64,000 nt of DNA from Lama glama (Eukaryota), in NCBI GenBank assembly GCA_028534125.1, contig CM052816.1:33482001-33546000 (forward strand), in the 5' to 3' direction. The notes below the pieces were generated by a model that saw nothing but the letters and a program-made list of their open reading frames with translations, was not told where the DNA came from and searched no databases. Positions within the stretch are counted from its first letter, which is position 1, and each line of letters begins with the position of its first letter. The position numbers were made by a program, and so were the translations under genes. Shown piece after piece: positions 1 to 13,184 of the stretch.

Positions 1-58
1 GGAATTTGACACAACATTGTAAAATGATTATAAATCAATAAAAAATGTTAAAAAAAAA
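1..58 (+). mobile_element. 3' end and A-tail of a young lineage-specific L1
   Basis: Nearly identical to 40339-40396 (ggaatttgaYacaacattgtaaaatgattataaatcaataaaaaatgttaaaa). AATAAA followed by an A-run. Confidence 0.75.
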
Positions 59-1978
59 GAACACAGGAAACAGTTCCTATTTGAGTGAAGTCACTATGGT
101 GAACTACACAGTAAATGAAGACCACTTGTAGGCTTAAATCTAATTTTTTAAAACAGCATGACCAACAAGAAAAAAACCAATATGTTGGTTTGAGTTATCT
201 TGCTCCTTTCTCATTTCCTGCTCCTTCTGCTTCCCATACAACCAGACAACAGTTGGGAGCAGGTGGAACATGGCATCTGAATATTTTAAAATATTGTAGA
301 TTTCTCCCACCAAGTAATTTCCAAGATAAACTTTGGAATCAAAGAGTAAATAGAGTATTCTTTCCTTTATGTTCCATGAACTGTAAGTCCATGATAGTTT
401 TAATAAGTATCTAAATGTATTTGCTTTAATATAGGTAGAGCTTTTACAGATGCAAATCTGAGATGATTTCATCCTGCACACCACCACGAATTACGGTTTT
501 CATATGCACCAAGCTGGAGGCTAAAGGATAAGCTGTTATAACTCAGCAATCATTTTAAGTCTAGAGTTCTTGAACTTAACTTGAACCAGAATTCAATATG
601 CTTCATTTTCAATTTTTGAGTAGCAGAATACTAACAATTGATTTCAGATTGGGAAGTGAGAATGGCGGTGCATCTAAATGAGAAATCTGTTCAATATGGA
701 GGGGCTTGGAAAACAGCCATACTTGTAAGATATTTATTGTTGGACTCTGCCCTCCCCCCCCACACACACATACTGTAGCTGTCTCCCTTTCCCACATTCC
801 CACTTTTTTGCAGATATTCTGGCTCCCTTTTCTATTTCACAGTCTTAAATAGAAGGATAAAGGGGAAAAGCCAATTTGGAGAATTACCATAAAGAGTTAA
901 ATCTGAAAGCCAGAATAACTGCAAATAGACCTTACTAAACCACAGCAGCTGGCAATATAATTTTAATTTGAAATTTAGATCTGCATAGATTTTTAAAGTC
1001 ACAGATTTCTAAAATGAAATTTGCCTCAATGTTTTATATGAAGAATTACTTCTCTTAATAGGTATCAGAGCTGTATGACAATCAGCTTTTTACCACTTTC
1101 AATTTAAAGTGAAAAATATAGCAGGTTCGCATGCTGAACAGAGCTTAGCAGCATCTGCAGCAATTTCATAATTAGTTACAATAATAGCTCAAATTTTTAT
1201 AAATGCAATCTGCTCTTAAAACAAGGAGGAAACACTCCAAAGTTTGGGCACATGAAACTCAAGCACCAGGGAATTCTGCCACCGGACACATTCAGTATCA
1301 CTCAGATGCTCTTCTGAGCCCTCACTGGATTCTCTCCAAAACACTATAAATCAGTAACATTTGCAACATAATACAGAATGTGCATCAGTTTTCGTGTTTC
1401 TGCAGCTTAGATAGTACTAGTATTCATATGGTATCACCATCTTGCTTTTGTACCCGAATAATATATATCTCAACCATGATTCTGAAAACCCTAGGATGAA
1501 AGCAAAAGAGGGAGAATGTTTGTGGGTTGTTCTTTCTAATTTAATATCTTACATTATGTTAAATAAAAACAGAGTACAAAAATGCATATGCCCTAATGCA
1601 GCTATTTAAAATTATACACATGTGGATGCATAAAATAACTAAAAGGTATTGTGCAAAACTAAGTATGATGTAATTAGTGGTGATTTTTCCCCAAACTTAC
1701 TGATTATAAGTAACATGCTTACAATTATGAGATTTGTAGAGTTAAATGCCCACAAGTCATTTATGTAGTTCTTAATTTTCCTAGCATAAAACTATAAGGG
1801 GATACCATTTCTATTTCATTCATAACAATTGTGAGCTCTTTATATGTATTTGTTTGAATGCATGAGTGAATGAATAGCTGAGTGAATAAATAGATAAATA
1901 CAAACCAGTGAACAAACTTTCCACTATTTTCAAAAAAGCAAATCATTTAAAAAATTACAATAAGAACACAAGGACATC

Positions 1979-3220
1979 AAACTGGACAGCTACATGTGAA
2001 AGAATAAAATTAGAACATTCTCTAATACCACACACAAAAATAAACTCAAAATAGCTTAAAGAAGTAAATGTAAAACCAGATACTACAAAACTCCTAGAAG
2101 AAAACACAGGCAGAACTCTTTGATACAAATTGCGGCAATATTTTTTTGGATCTGTCTCCTACAGTAATGGAAACAAAAGCAAAAATAAACAAATGGGACC
2201 TAATTAAACTTAAAAGTTTTTGCACAGCAAAGGAACCATAAGTAAAGTGAACAGACAAGCTATGGAATGGGAGAAAATATTTGCAAACAATGCAACCAAC
2301 ATGGGATTAATGCTAAAATATATAAACAGCTTAGATAGCTCAATATCAATCAACAAATCAACCCAATCAACAAATGAGCAGAAGACCTAAATACACTATT
2401 CTCCAATGAAGACATACAGATGGCCAACAGACATATGAAAAGATCCTCAACATTGCTAATTATTAGAGAAAAGCAAATTAAAACTATAGTGAGGTATCAC
2501 CTGACACCAGTCAGAATGGCCATCATCAAAAAGTCTACAAACAAATGCTGGAGAGAATGGGGAGAAAAGGGAATCTTCCTACACTGTTGGTGGGTATGTA
2601 AATTGGTGCAGCCACTATGGAGAATAGTATGGAGGTTCCTCAAAACACTAAAAATAGAGTTGCCATATGATCCAGCAATCCCACTCCTGGGTATCTATCC
2701 AGAGAAAACTCTTAACTTCAAAAAGATATAAGCACCCCAATGTTCATAGTAGCACAATTTACAATAGTCAAGACATGTAAGCAGCCTAAATGTCCACTGA
2801 CAATTGAACGGATAAAGAAGATGTGGTATATTTATACAATGGAATATTATTCAGCTATAAAAAAGAATAAAATAATGCCATTTGCGACAACATCGTTGAA
2901 TCTAGAAATTATCCTACTAAGTGAAGTAAGTCAGACAGAGAAAGACATATATCATATGGTATCACTTGCATGTGGAATCTAAAATATAAGGCAATAAACT
3001 TATTTACAAAACAGAAACAAACTATGGTTACCAAAGAGGAAAGGGAGGGAGGATAAAACAGGAATTTGGGATTAACAGATGCTCACTACTATATATAAAA
3101 TAGGTAAACAACAAAGACCTTCTGTATAGCACAGAGAACTCTATTCAGTATCTTGTAATAACCTATAATGGAAAAGAATCTGAAAAAGAATATATATATA
3201 AATTAAATATACTTCAATAA
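1979..3220 (+). mobile_element. 5'-truncated LINE-1 (ORF2 C-terminus and 3'UTR), frameshifted
   Basis: ORFs 2420-2731 and 2740-2982 give L1 ORF2 motifs ([60 protein letters not shown]). Flanked by a perfect 24-bp direct repeat at 1958-1981 and 3215-3238. Confidence 0.96.
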
Positions 3221-5169
3221 GAACACAAGGACATCAAATATAACCTCATCTTCCGTAAGCATAGAATTTTCCTTCAGAAATTTAAATTTACATATAAGTT
3301 TGAGTTAAAAAAGTCTAAAAATCTTGCAAAGAATATTTTCCCAGGGAAGCTCACTCAACAATAAACTTCAGGTGTTGTATCAGTTATCAAGGATTGGCAT
3401 CTTAGACCTCTGAGTATCTCATAATCCAGATAATAATCTCATAATAACAGTGCGTGGAATAAGTCACTTCTCCAAACGTGTTTGTGGAAAGAAAAACTAA
3501 ATGTCAGTGGCAATGATGTCTCTTTTACTGCCTTTTAAATAAAGGCAAATCACTGGTTATATTCCTCTAAATATAAGTTATATCGACTTTAGCAAAAATC
3601 AAACCTTGCTCTGTCAACCCTTCCGGTCTATAATTATTTCCTATATAGGAAGCTTGTAGGTCATTAATGCTCATTTTTAAAGGCAGGTGTGTTACTTCAT
3701 TTAAGCATTAAATTCCACAAAGAAATCTATTTAGAAGAGATACTTGAAATATATTCCAATGATCCAAATTCATGATTATCTAATGGCTAAGGAAGGACAA
3801 AGAATTTTCACACTATACTAATAAGGAGAGAATCCCACATTTTTCTGAAGTTATAGTCTTATTTGTACCATTAAAATAATAAGGTAAGCTCTTGCTAGGC
3901 ATGTCTTCATTTATACATACCATATACACCTATACAGCAGTATTTTGTTTCTACAATAATCTGTGGCTGATATTATATAGCTTAAAAACATAAATTTTAA
4001 AGGAACTTAGATAAATTCAATGATACAGATATAGAAAGTTACTGATAGTCAATCTCTTTCACACACCATAACCTTTGAGGATGACATCATGGAGATAATT
4101 ATGAAGTGACATTGTCCCTAGTGCTATTGTAAGACCAACTGATTGCACCCACTCTGTGTTAGCATGACCTAGGTTATGCATTTATGGTTTGATGGAAATA
4201 AAATTCACCATAAATGTGCATGTTTCTTTATTCCTATGCCAACCACAGATTATGATGCAGGATGTTAGAAACATAAATACATAACCACTATGGCTTATTT
4301 ATCTTCTTTACTTAAGCACCTACAAGTTATTGTAAGACATGTTTTATGTAATATTTAAACATCATTCCTTGTGAAACAGCATGTTTTCAAGAGAAACCCA
4401 AGATCTCAAACAACTGAAAAGTATCACTTCAAAAGTAGATAAGGAAAAGACACTGAAAAATGCAAAAACACTACACACAGGTTTAAAAGTATAAATTGAT
4501 TAAAATCTTACTAGAGTTTCAAATACTGTAAGGCATCAATGAGAGAGGTATTGCAAAGACAGACACATGATTGAGCAGAAATTTCTACTTGCTTCGGTTA
4601 ACTTTAAAAGTGATGTGGTGTGTCTACAGATATAAAAGAGAAACTGATTTTACATGGAAAGAAATCAATCATTTTCAGACTTTTTGCCATTTCATTTTAA
4701 AACATTCATTTTTTTCCTGATCACAAATGTAATATATTTCTTATTGAATATTCAAAGAATACAGCATAAAGAAGAAAATAATTAAGCACTGAAAATAATC
4801 ACTGTTAACACAGAGATTTTTCAAACTGTCAATTTTTTCACCACATAATGAACATAGCTATTTTCAATAATTAAATCAAGTGCATATTTATATTAGATGA
4901 TTTAAAGATAAGTGATTCTTTGAGCTTATTTCACTTATAATTTTCAATGTCATGTATATATGAACCACAGGAACATGCATTCAGAGATTCTTTCCTTAGA
5001 ATTCCCCGTGATAACATAAGGAACCATGTGACATTTTCCTAATTTAAATGACATTTGGACTGTAAGCCTGAGTTTCATGATAGAATCCCAATCTGCATAT
5101 GTGGTTCAAGTTTTAGATATTCACTTTTATATAAATCTCTAAGAGAAGTGCAATTTTAGACCCCTAAGT

Positions 5170-5610
5170 AGGGGACTTTTGGCATCTTATCCAATGCCTG
5201 CACATCTCTCTCACCTCTTCCATGGAGTTTTCCTGCTGATACCACTATTGGAACCACCTGGCACCCACAGATGTGCAACCCACAAGTGTGGGCAAATTAA
5301 CACTTCTTAATGCTTATGACCAATTCAAGAGCCAGTGGACAAATTCCTCTCCTGTGCCTTCCCCTCATCCCTGCCTCTGATGGATAGTCCTAAGAAGCTG
5401 TTTATAAGGCATCTCAGGGGATAGTCCCTTGGAATCAAGCAATCAGTTATATTTGGTGTCTGCCAGCACAACAAAACATCTTTATACTGGCTCTCCTTCA
5501 TTTTTCCAGTTCATTTCTCTTGTCCCTCACTCCTAATGTGTGGGATTTAATTCTCTAATTGATAGCTCATAAAGATTTGGCCTCAGGCTCTGACTTCTGG
5601 CTGGGGACTA
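5170..5610 (+). mobile_element. ERVL-class LTR (LTR33-like), copy 1
   Basis: Core gcacccacagatgtgcaacccacaagtgtggg at 5261 aligns with copy 2 at 6612. Resembles the recalled LTR33 consensus. Confidence 0.7.
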
Positions 5611-5759
5611 TTTTATGCCAAGAAGGTACAAAAATGTTCATGATTGTGCAAAAAAAAGGTTCATGATTGTAGGAATCACTGGTCTTACTTAGAAGATTAA
5701 AAGCAGGTGGCTTAATAGTACAATGAAATGGTCAGGTATAAGATCAGGGAAAGTTTCAT

Positions 5760-6480
5760 GGGGTTGGGGAGTGTCTATTCTACAAAACAAGGTTTATGTA
5801 CTGAACCAGTGGTATATATATGGTGAAGTACTGGTATAGAATGTACACGTCTGGGAATCTAAGGTGAGAGGTAGGACTGGCTTTTCTCACCACTGTTTCC
5901 AATGACCCACTTATGGAATTTGTACTTCCTATCCCCACAACTTTAGACTGCCAGAGTAGAATATCAGGTTCCCAGGAAGATTGCTGCCTCCTCAGGAGAC
6001 ATGGTAATGTTCCTACTAAACTTTTGACTCCTCATACTTGAGGCTCGACAGGCAAATAAATGAGTTACTGTATTATCAGGGGTAATCAACCCTGATCATC
6101 AGGAGGAGCTAGAGTTTCTGTTACACAATGAAGGTAATTCATTGTGCATCTCATGGTGCACCTGTGATAATGGCGAATGGGCAACTGCAGCAGCTATAGG
6201 GCAACTAAAACAAAGCATCTAAATTTTCAGCTCGTTCAGGGATATGGAGCCACTCACCAGGCAGGCAACTAAGACTGGCCAAATTGTTGTCCAAGGGTAT
6301 GAAAAAAATTAGAATTGATGTTGAGGGAAATTTACAGTGCATATAAACTAAAGCCTTGAGATTACCTGCAACAATGGAGATTATTAGTTGTTTCACTAAC
6401 CCTCTTGCCTTAAGTCTTTTAGAGATTGTGGCAGGTCACTATCTTGAAGGGGCTACTATGACTGATTAGAAGAAGTGAGG
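5760..6480 (+). mobile_element. Degenerate ERV-L internal sequence (end of integrase and dUTPase relic)
   Basis: 6064-6135 translates VTVLSGVINPDHQEELEFLLHNEG, matching dUTPase motif 3 (GVIDxDYxGEI) as in ERV-L pol. Confidence 0.75.
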
Positions 6481-6499
6481 AGGACACCTTGTATTTTCA

Positions 6500-6953
6500 A
6501 AAAATAAAGGCCTTATGTAAAAGCTGGATACTTTATCTCACCCATGTGTTTCAGCTACTCTTCTCCCACCATGAGCTTTTCTATTGACACTGCACTAGCA
6601 GACTCCACTCAGCACCCACATATGTGCAACCCAGAAATGTGGGGTAGTTAATACTCTGTGGGTGGACCTTTGACCAACAGGAGGCAAGAGCTGGCAGATA
6701 AATATTTCCTTTCTCTCCCTCAATAAAAGATCCTGAGAGGCATTTAGTGCTCTTGGGGACAATCCTCTGAGGCTGAGTAATCAGTTGCATGTAGTGGCAA
6801 CCTGTTCAGTGACTTCCTTTTTCATTATCTGGTTTCCTTTTCTGCCTTACCCTCTTATTACTCATTCCTTCTCTTTGGGATTGCACTTCCTAATAAAGTG
6901 ATAGCAGATAACCCTCTGTCTCTTGCTCTGCTATAAGCGGAAGGAAAACTAAG
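6500..6953 (+). mobile_element. ERVL-class LTR (LTR33-like), copy 2
   Basis: Homologous to 5170-5610. AATAAA at 6892 followed by a ...tgtctcttgctctgc...aactaaga LTR end. Confidence 0.72.
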
Positions 6954-7009
6954 AGCTTGAAACCAAAATGTATAAAGTAGTTTCATAAATCAACACAAAA
7001 AAGATAGAG

Positions 7010-7745
7010 AACATAATATAAGACACGGCAAAAGGTCTGAATAGAGACTTCATAAAAGAAGAAATCTAAACAGGTAATACATATATAAACAGTGCTCAAC
7101 ATCACTTGTAATCATAAAATGCAAATTAAAATAATTGAGGTATTAAATCAAAATGGTGTGTTTTGGCAAACAAGTGAAGCAATTTAGACTCTCAGACACA
7201 ATTGGTGGCACCGTCAGTAGACATAATCTCTTTGGGAAAAAAGTTAGTATTATTTAATAAAGCTAAAATATGCATCCCCTGGGAGGGTCAATTACACTTT
7301 TGATTATCTACCCTGGAGAAACTCTTGCTCATGTGTATACCACGTTACAAAATAGGATGTTCAGAGCATCAATATTTATAATAGTCAAAATCTGGAAGCA
7401 ATCCATCTTTCTATGAACAGTAGAACCTAAAAATAAATTGTAGTTTAGTTTTATAATAAAGTACTATACAGCAATGAAAATAAATAGCTACAACCGAGTC
7501 GAAACATAAATAAATCTTAAAAACTTAATTTGAGCGAAAGAAACAGACCAAAATAGCATTCACAACATAATTTCATTTATATAAAATTCAAAACAGGCAA
7601 AACTAAACTATATTATTTAGAAATACAAAATTAGTGATAAAATTATAAAGGAAAGCAAGGAAATTGATTACCATAGAAAGGAAGAGAATACGATTAGGAA
7701 AAGGCAGTCAGGAGGTTCCTGGAGTGCTGGCAATTTTCCATTTCT
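7010..7745 (+). mobile_element. Old L1M-type ORF2 end and 3'UTR
   Basis: Degenerate parallels of the L1 at 2380-3000 (tgctcaacatca..aatgcaaattaaa; tttataatagtcaaaatctggaagcaatcca) plus an L1M 3'UTR-type aaaacaggcaaaactaaactata. Confidence 0.75.
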
Positions 7746-9174
7746 CTATATCTCTGGAGTATTTTGGGGGGGGCAATAAAAAGGTTAAAATGCAATTTTT
7801 AATTTGTTTTTTAAATGAGATGACCATTTTTTGAGTATTACATTACATTATCTCTAACAGATTAGCAGATGCTAAAGACATCTGAAAGATAAACTATTAC
7901 ATCAGTAATCCTTCCTTCCATCACTTCTCAAAGTATAAAAATACAAAGTAGAAGGCAAATATACTTTGACATTTTGACAATAGTCAAAACATGTAACTGT
8001 CACTGTAAATATTATACATGTTTGAAAAATAACTTTTCTTAATATCTAAGAATTCTTTCCATCACCATTGACAATATTAAAATTCAAAACAGAATAAATG
8101 AAATCTAAATTATTCAAGATTTCATTATATTATAACATGAAAGTTGCATTTTCTGCTTAAGTGCTAACCAAAAGCTTTTTTGTTGATCTCTTCTAAACTT
8201 AAACTATATTCAATTCTACAAGCACTCAATTTCACACCAACTTTCTCTGGGACTTTGTTCCTATTCTGCCTCATCTGGCTTGATTCATCTCTCCTCTCTA
8301 AGCACCATCGGTCTACTCTGAACAGTATTTGGGTTTTTTCCTAGAGGCCTGTTTATAGTTTTGGAGGGAAAGAGGGGAAGAGCCATGGTCTTTTGTCTGC
8401 AGGTACCTCCAGGAACCTGACATAAAGAAAAATTTAACAGTTAAAGAAGGTGAGGCATTCTAATCAAAAGATACTAGTATCCACACAATTAACAATCTTT
8501 TAACAAAGAGGTCAAGAGGTCATGGAATTTGATTACCTGTGACTTCCAAAAAAGTCTCAGGAACACAGACAAAGGCTAAATGCTCTGCTGATGGAAAGAA
8601 AAGCAATGTAGGTGGGTGGGGGAGAGAAAGAGAGAAAGAAAATGAATGAATAATAATCATCAGGAGGGAAGACGTTGTCTAAAAACAATGGAAACTTTAG
8701 CTTCAAAGAGTATTACCTATAAGGAATCAAAAAATGAGGTTGAGTAGCAGTTCTCTGGTTTTTCTTTCTAATGCTCATCAATTCACAAGCTCCTAATAGG
8801 GCTAGATTACATTTTAGTGTTCTATATTTAGATACTTGACTATTAGAAATACTACTTTAAAAAGTAACTTATAATATTAGTGATTTAATGAAGTATTTAA
8901 AGCAGCAAAACTTTCATAAAATAAACTTCTAGATCATTGTTAGATATACAACAAATTGCATGCAATTTGGGTCCTCAGAAAATAGGTTTAAGTCCTGGCT
9001 TTGAAACTTAAAAGACAACTTCTTGAACATTCTGAACATCATCTTCTGGAACATTCTGAACTTTCTGGGCTTCAAAGCCTTGTTAAATGGGATAGGGTAT
9101 GTAAAATCTGCTATATAACCTATGAAAGTACTACATGGATATTTATTTTGTGTGTGTGCATATGTGTAGGGAAA

Positions 9175-9592
9175 GATTTTAAAGATTTATTTAGAAAAGA
9201 AAGTACACCTCCAAGAAAGGGAGATGGGCTGATCCAAGGGAGGAAAAGCAGTGGTTTTTGTCTCCCATTTCTCTAATACTTTCGCTTAGAGGTGGTCTTT
9301 TTTTGATTGATAGCTCTTGTCCCTGGAGTGCTTAGTCATGTTTGGCCCCTTTGTGCATGTCCTTACCCACGGTGTACACGGAAAAACCCATGGAGGGCCT
9401 AAACCTCAATGTTAATTATAATACAATGAACACTGAGTCCTGTCCAGTTAAGTCCTTTCTGCTACTGCGCAGTAGTAGCTGTCAGGTTCTAAGCAGTTTC
9501 TTGCTGGCACTCATTTAAGAAGAAGTCAAGTTCCTTTATGCTGGAGGTGGGCATAATGTCATTAACTAGACCATCCTCCCTCTCTTCTACAA
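9175..9592 (-). mobile_element. Possible LTR fragment (family unassigned)
   Basis: Composition differs from the flanks and the segment ends in ...caaca (TG start on minus). Weak. Confidence 0.3.
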
Positions 9593-9734
9593 CATCAATA
9601 TTCATAATTATTATTCTTACTTAATTTTATATTTAGTATTCTTATAATATGCACACATAAGCAAAAATCAGTCAGCTATAACTTATCAAATAAAAATTCT
9701 CTATATAGTATTGCAAGATGCCAAATGGCAGAGC

Positions 9735-9860
9735 TATGTGATACTGGAGAGTGAAATTTTATCCTCTGTGCAGCTCCATTTCTTCATCTTTATGAAGAGA
9801 AAATGATCAGAATTACCTCAAAAGAGCTGTTATGATAATTAAATGAGATGACATGCTGCT
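9735..9860 (+). mobile_element. MIR SINE fragment
   Basis: ctccatttcttcatctttatgaag...tacctcaaaagagctgttatgataattaaatgagat matches the MIR core. Confidence 0.7.
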
Positions 9861-11562
9861 ATGTACAAAACCTAGAACCCTCTAACTCTGAGATGTCACT
9901 ATTACTGTTCGAATATGGATTTCATTGCATTTTGCATACCTCCATTGTTTCTTACAAGAATGTGTTCCCAGCTTAATAACATAACTGTGTATTTTGGTCA
10001 CATATCAACTCAGGCTGTGACAGATTCTGGCTAGTGTTCCATTTATCCCAAGTGAGGTCAATAGTAGCATCATAGTGACACTGCTAAGAGCAAGTCTGAG
10101 AGTGATGAAAGGTCCTCCTCAACAGACTGCTAAAACTCTTCTTATGAATTCCCTTCATCAAAAAATGGATTACCACATGGAAATGAAATCACAGGGTCAC
10201 CTACACAATGACAGAGCAGAGATTTACCTGCTGATGAAAAATACTAATTTTGTCATTTGATCATAACAGCCCCGAGGAGGAACATAAAACAAACCACCCT
10301 TAAAGGAGCTACCATTAAAACAGATGAATATGTCATTTTTTTCTAAGAGTATAGTAGCGTTAGAATTAGTCATGAAAAAAAAAGAAAATATATGATAAAT
10401 TATCTACATGAAAAATTGTGAATGTTGAATGCATTAAGAAATTGCATCCACTGAAGCCATGTGTACAGCACAGTAGGTGACATCAGAGTGCATGGGAACC
10501 TCAATTTTGTCAGTACTTTTAAATGTGTTTATAGATGTTTCAGGAAAGCTAAAAGGTGTCATCTTGCTAATAGCACATGACACATCATGTTATTGAATAC
10601 TTAAGTTATAAAGTACCAGGGCATTTTGATTTTCATGAAAATTACATGGGCAACCTGTAAACTGTGTAAACACAAAGACTGTTAAAAGTATAAATCTAGT
10701 AGGATTCATCACAATGCACATAGAGATAAACAGACACATCAGATGTATGTATGTGCGTGTATTTCATACACATCAGATGTATGTATATGTATTTCATTTT
10801 CCAAGTCATATATAAACTATTCATTAGTACATTTCTGCATATTCTGAAATGCATAAGATTTTTTCCTTTTGATGTACCATTATCATTTTAAGATAATTTT
10901 CATTTGTTTCAATTCCTTGAAGTAGGGTTTTATTTTTACGTTCCAGCCAAAAGAACAGTATGTGATACAGCTCTTACTTTAGCGACAGACATTCATATGT
11001 ACCATGTATGAAATGTTTAAAAATCAGAAATCATCTCGTATTTCCGGGCTGTGTAACATGACATGATAGGGTCTACTGACGTATAGTTAGGTTCCATTGG
11101 CGATTTTGTGATGAAGCGAATTTGTTGTGTTTTTGGAGGGGAGATACAATAAAGATCTCTTTTTCATAGCTTAAAAATGATAAAGAAATCAGGAACAAAA
11201 GAAAATGTAAGTTAGGTGGGCAACTAAAGTACGACTACAAGTCTTTAAAAGCATGTTTAAATAGGGAAGACTATAATTTTCACTTAACAGTTATTTTATC
11301 ATTAATTTAGTTATTTCATATTAAAGTTTAACCATATTTGAAGTGCTACACCTACTTTATGAAAGCCTTACAAACTACCTATTTTAAACACTATGATACA
11401 ATTCACAGAATAAATATTCACAGAAATAAAAAGATTTTTCAAGTCAAATAGAATATTAAGAAAAGGAAATGACCTAAATGACCAAGAGCAGAAGGACAGA
11501 TCATTAAAATAGCTTATAGTTTTAAAAATCAATACTATATAGCAGCTCAAAAGAATTAAATA

Positions 11563-12226
11563 CTGTATTTCACCCATTCCAATATGCATTTTTTCATACT
11601 TTATTATATGAAAAGGGTTGTTTCTTACAATCTAATGCACCATAAAATCTCTGATGTCTAGGCAGTAGACATGCTTTTGTTGCCACTGATTAAGCATGCA
11701 AAAAAATAGGTTATTCTTGAAAGCACACCTGAACAACTACAATCCTGTAACACTGCACTCAGCAAACCATTTAAGAATTATCTGAAGAATGAATATGAAT
11801 CCTGATTGTTATCTGAAAACATTCCATTTACCCTCTGGACAGATCAAGAAAGTGCCAGCATCAAAACAGATACAATGGGTATCAGCAGCTTGGAAGAAAA
11901 TACTGGAGATAATAGTAGAGCATTCTTTAAAGAAGGGCTCTTTCATCAATACTTTCAACGGCACAGAGGATGATACTATTTAGAAAAAGGCAAGTGTCAG
12001 TCAAGCTGTGATTCAAGAAGAATTTAACTTTAAATGTGAAGAAGTTATGAATACTTTAACTAATTACTTTTTTTGTATTTTACTTTATAGATACCCAAAG
12101 TAATAAGTGATAAAAATCTACATCTAAGTAAGTCTAAAAGAGTTCTTTCAGTATGAGTGTGAGTTTAATTGGCAGTGTTTTTTTTTCTATTTTAGTGATA
12201 AAGAAATACTGATGAGTCAAATATGG
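11563..12226 (+). mobile_element. Internally deleted Tc2/pogo-type DNA transposon (Kanga-like) with transposase relic
   Basis: TA|CTGTATTT ... AAATATGG|TA termini. Relic peptides EQLQSCNTALSKPFKNYLKNEYES* (from 11731) and PSGQIKKVPASKQIQWVSAAWKKI..IVEHSLKK..NGTEDD resemble the C-terminal DDE_1 domain. Confidence 0.78.
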
Positions 12227-13184
12227 TAGATCCATGCAAAGGATAGATCTCAAAAGCATATTGTCGGAGGAAAAAAAGTAGGTTGCAAAAATATACACAG
12301 AGTATGATCCAATTCATATAGAAAGAACTAACATAAAATGATAATCTATATATTTGCTGCCATGTATACATGCAGATAAAGAAATCAGAACTACAGATAA
12401 TAGAAAATGTGATTTAATCATTCATAAAGTTCCACTTCTAAAATGGGAAATATACTCTTACATTACTGAATTTTTTCAAGCATTGCATACCTAGGAAAAT
12501 TGACTAAAATCAAATACATGTAAATATTAACCAGTGATTAATTGCCAGTAGTTAATGGGACTATCTTTATTTTTCAGCTGGAACTTTTTCAGTTTCCACA
12601 TTAGCCTCCAAACTTTTGAAAGTAAAATAACATTTGTATTTTAAGCATCAGACAAAATAATCATGTGTGAACTTGATTATTCAGCTTTCTATCAGAGCCA
12701 TCCAGCAGTATGAGATAAACAGTCCTGTAAGTGTCTTGTCCCTTAACTCTCTCTTTGGAGAAAAAAATGAAATGAAGAAAAAAATGCAATAACTTGGGAC
12801 TTTATTACCCTAATTCCAGGAAATTTCTTGTCAATTTGAAATAATAGCTCTCTGTGAGAAGCAGCCATTCTTTCATCTTCCGTCTCGATGCATGTAAATT
12901 GTAAACATGACCTTAAACCTTTATGAGTCTGACTTCTCAGATAAAGTGTTTTATCCTTATCTCTCTTGATAATCTTATGTTCCAAAATGGTCTCTCTGAG
13001 TTATTTAATGAATAAGCTTAATCCCTTCCTCCTGAAATGTTACTCTACTCTTCCTTCTAGAGAAAGATGAATGAAGTAAGGATGTGTGCTTTACAATTCA
13101 GCATGGAAACAGGGCTTATACAAGACTTACTACAGATGTGGGGAGGAGGGTGCAGCAAGAAATAGCTATATTTTATTATATGAA

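Noticed and set aside
2648..2657. Perfect MEF2 site CTAAAAATAG suggesting CaMKIV-MEF2 feedback
   Set aside because: It lies within L1 ORF2 coding sequence (LKIE), so it came with the element; no independent support.
2420..2982. Two ORFs as host genes
   Set aside because: Frameshifted L1 ORF2 C-terminal fragments in a 5'-truncated element.
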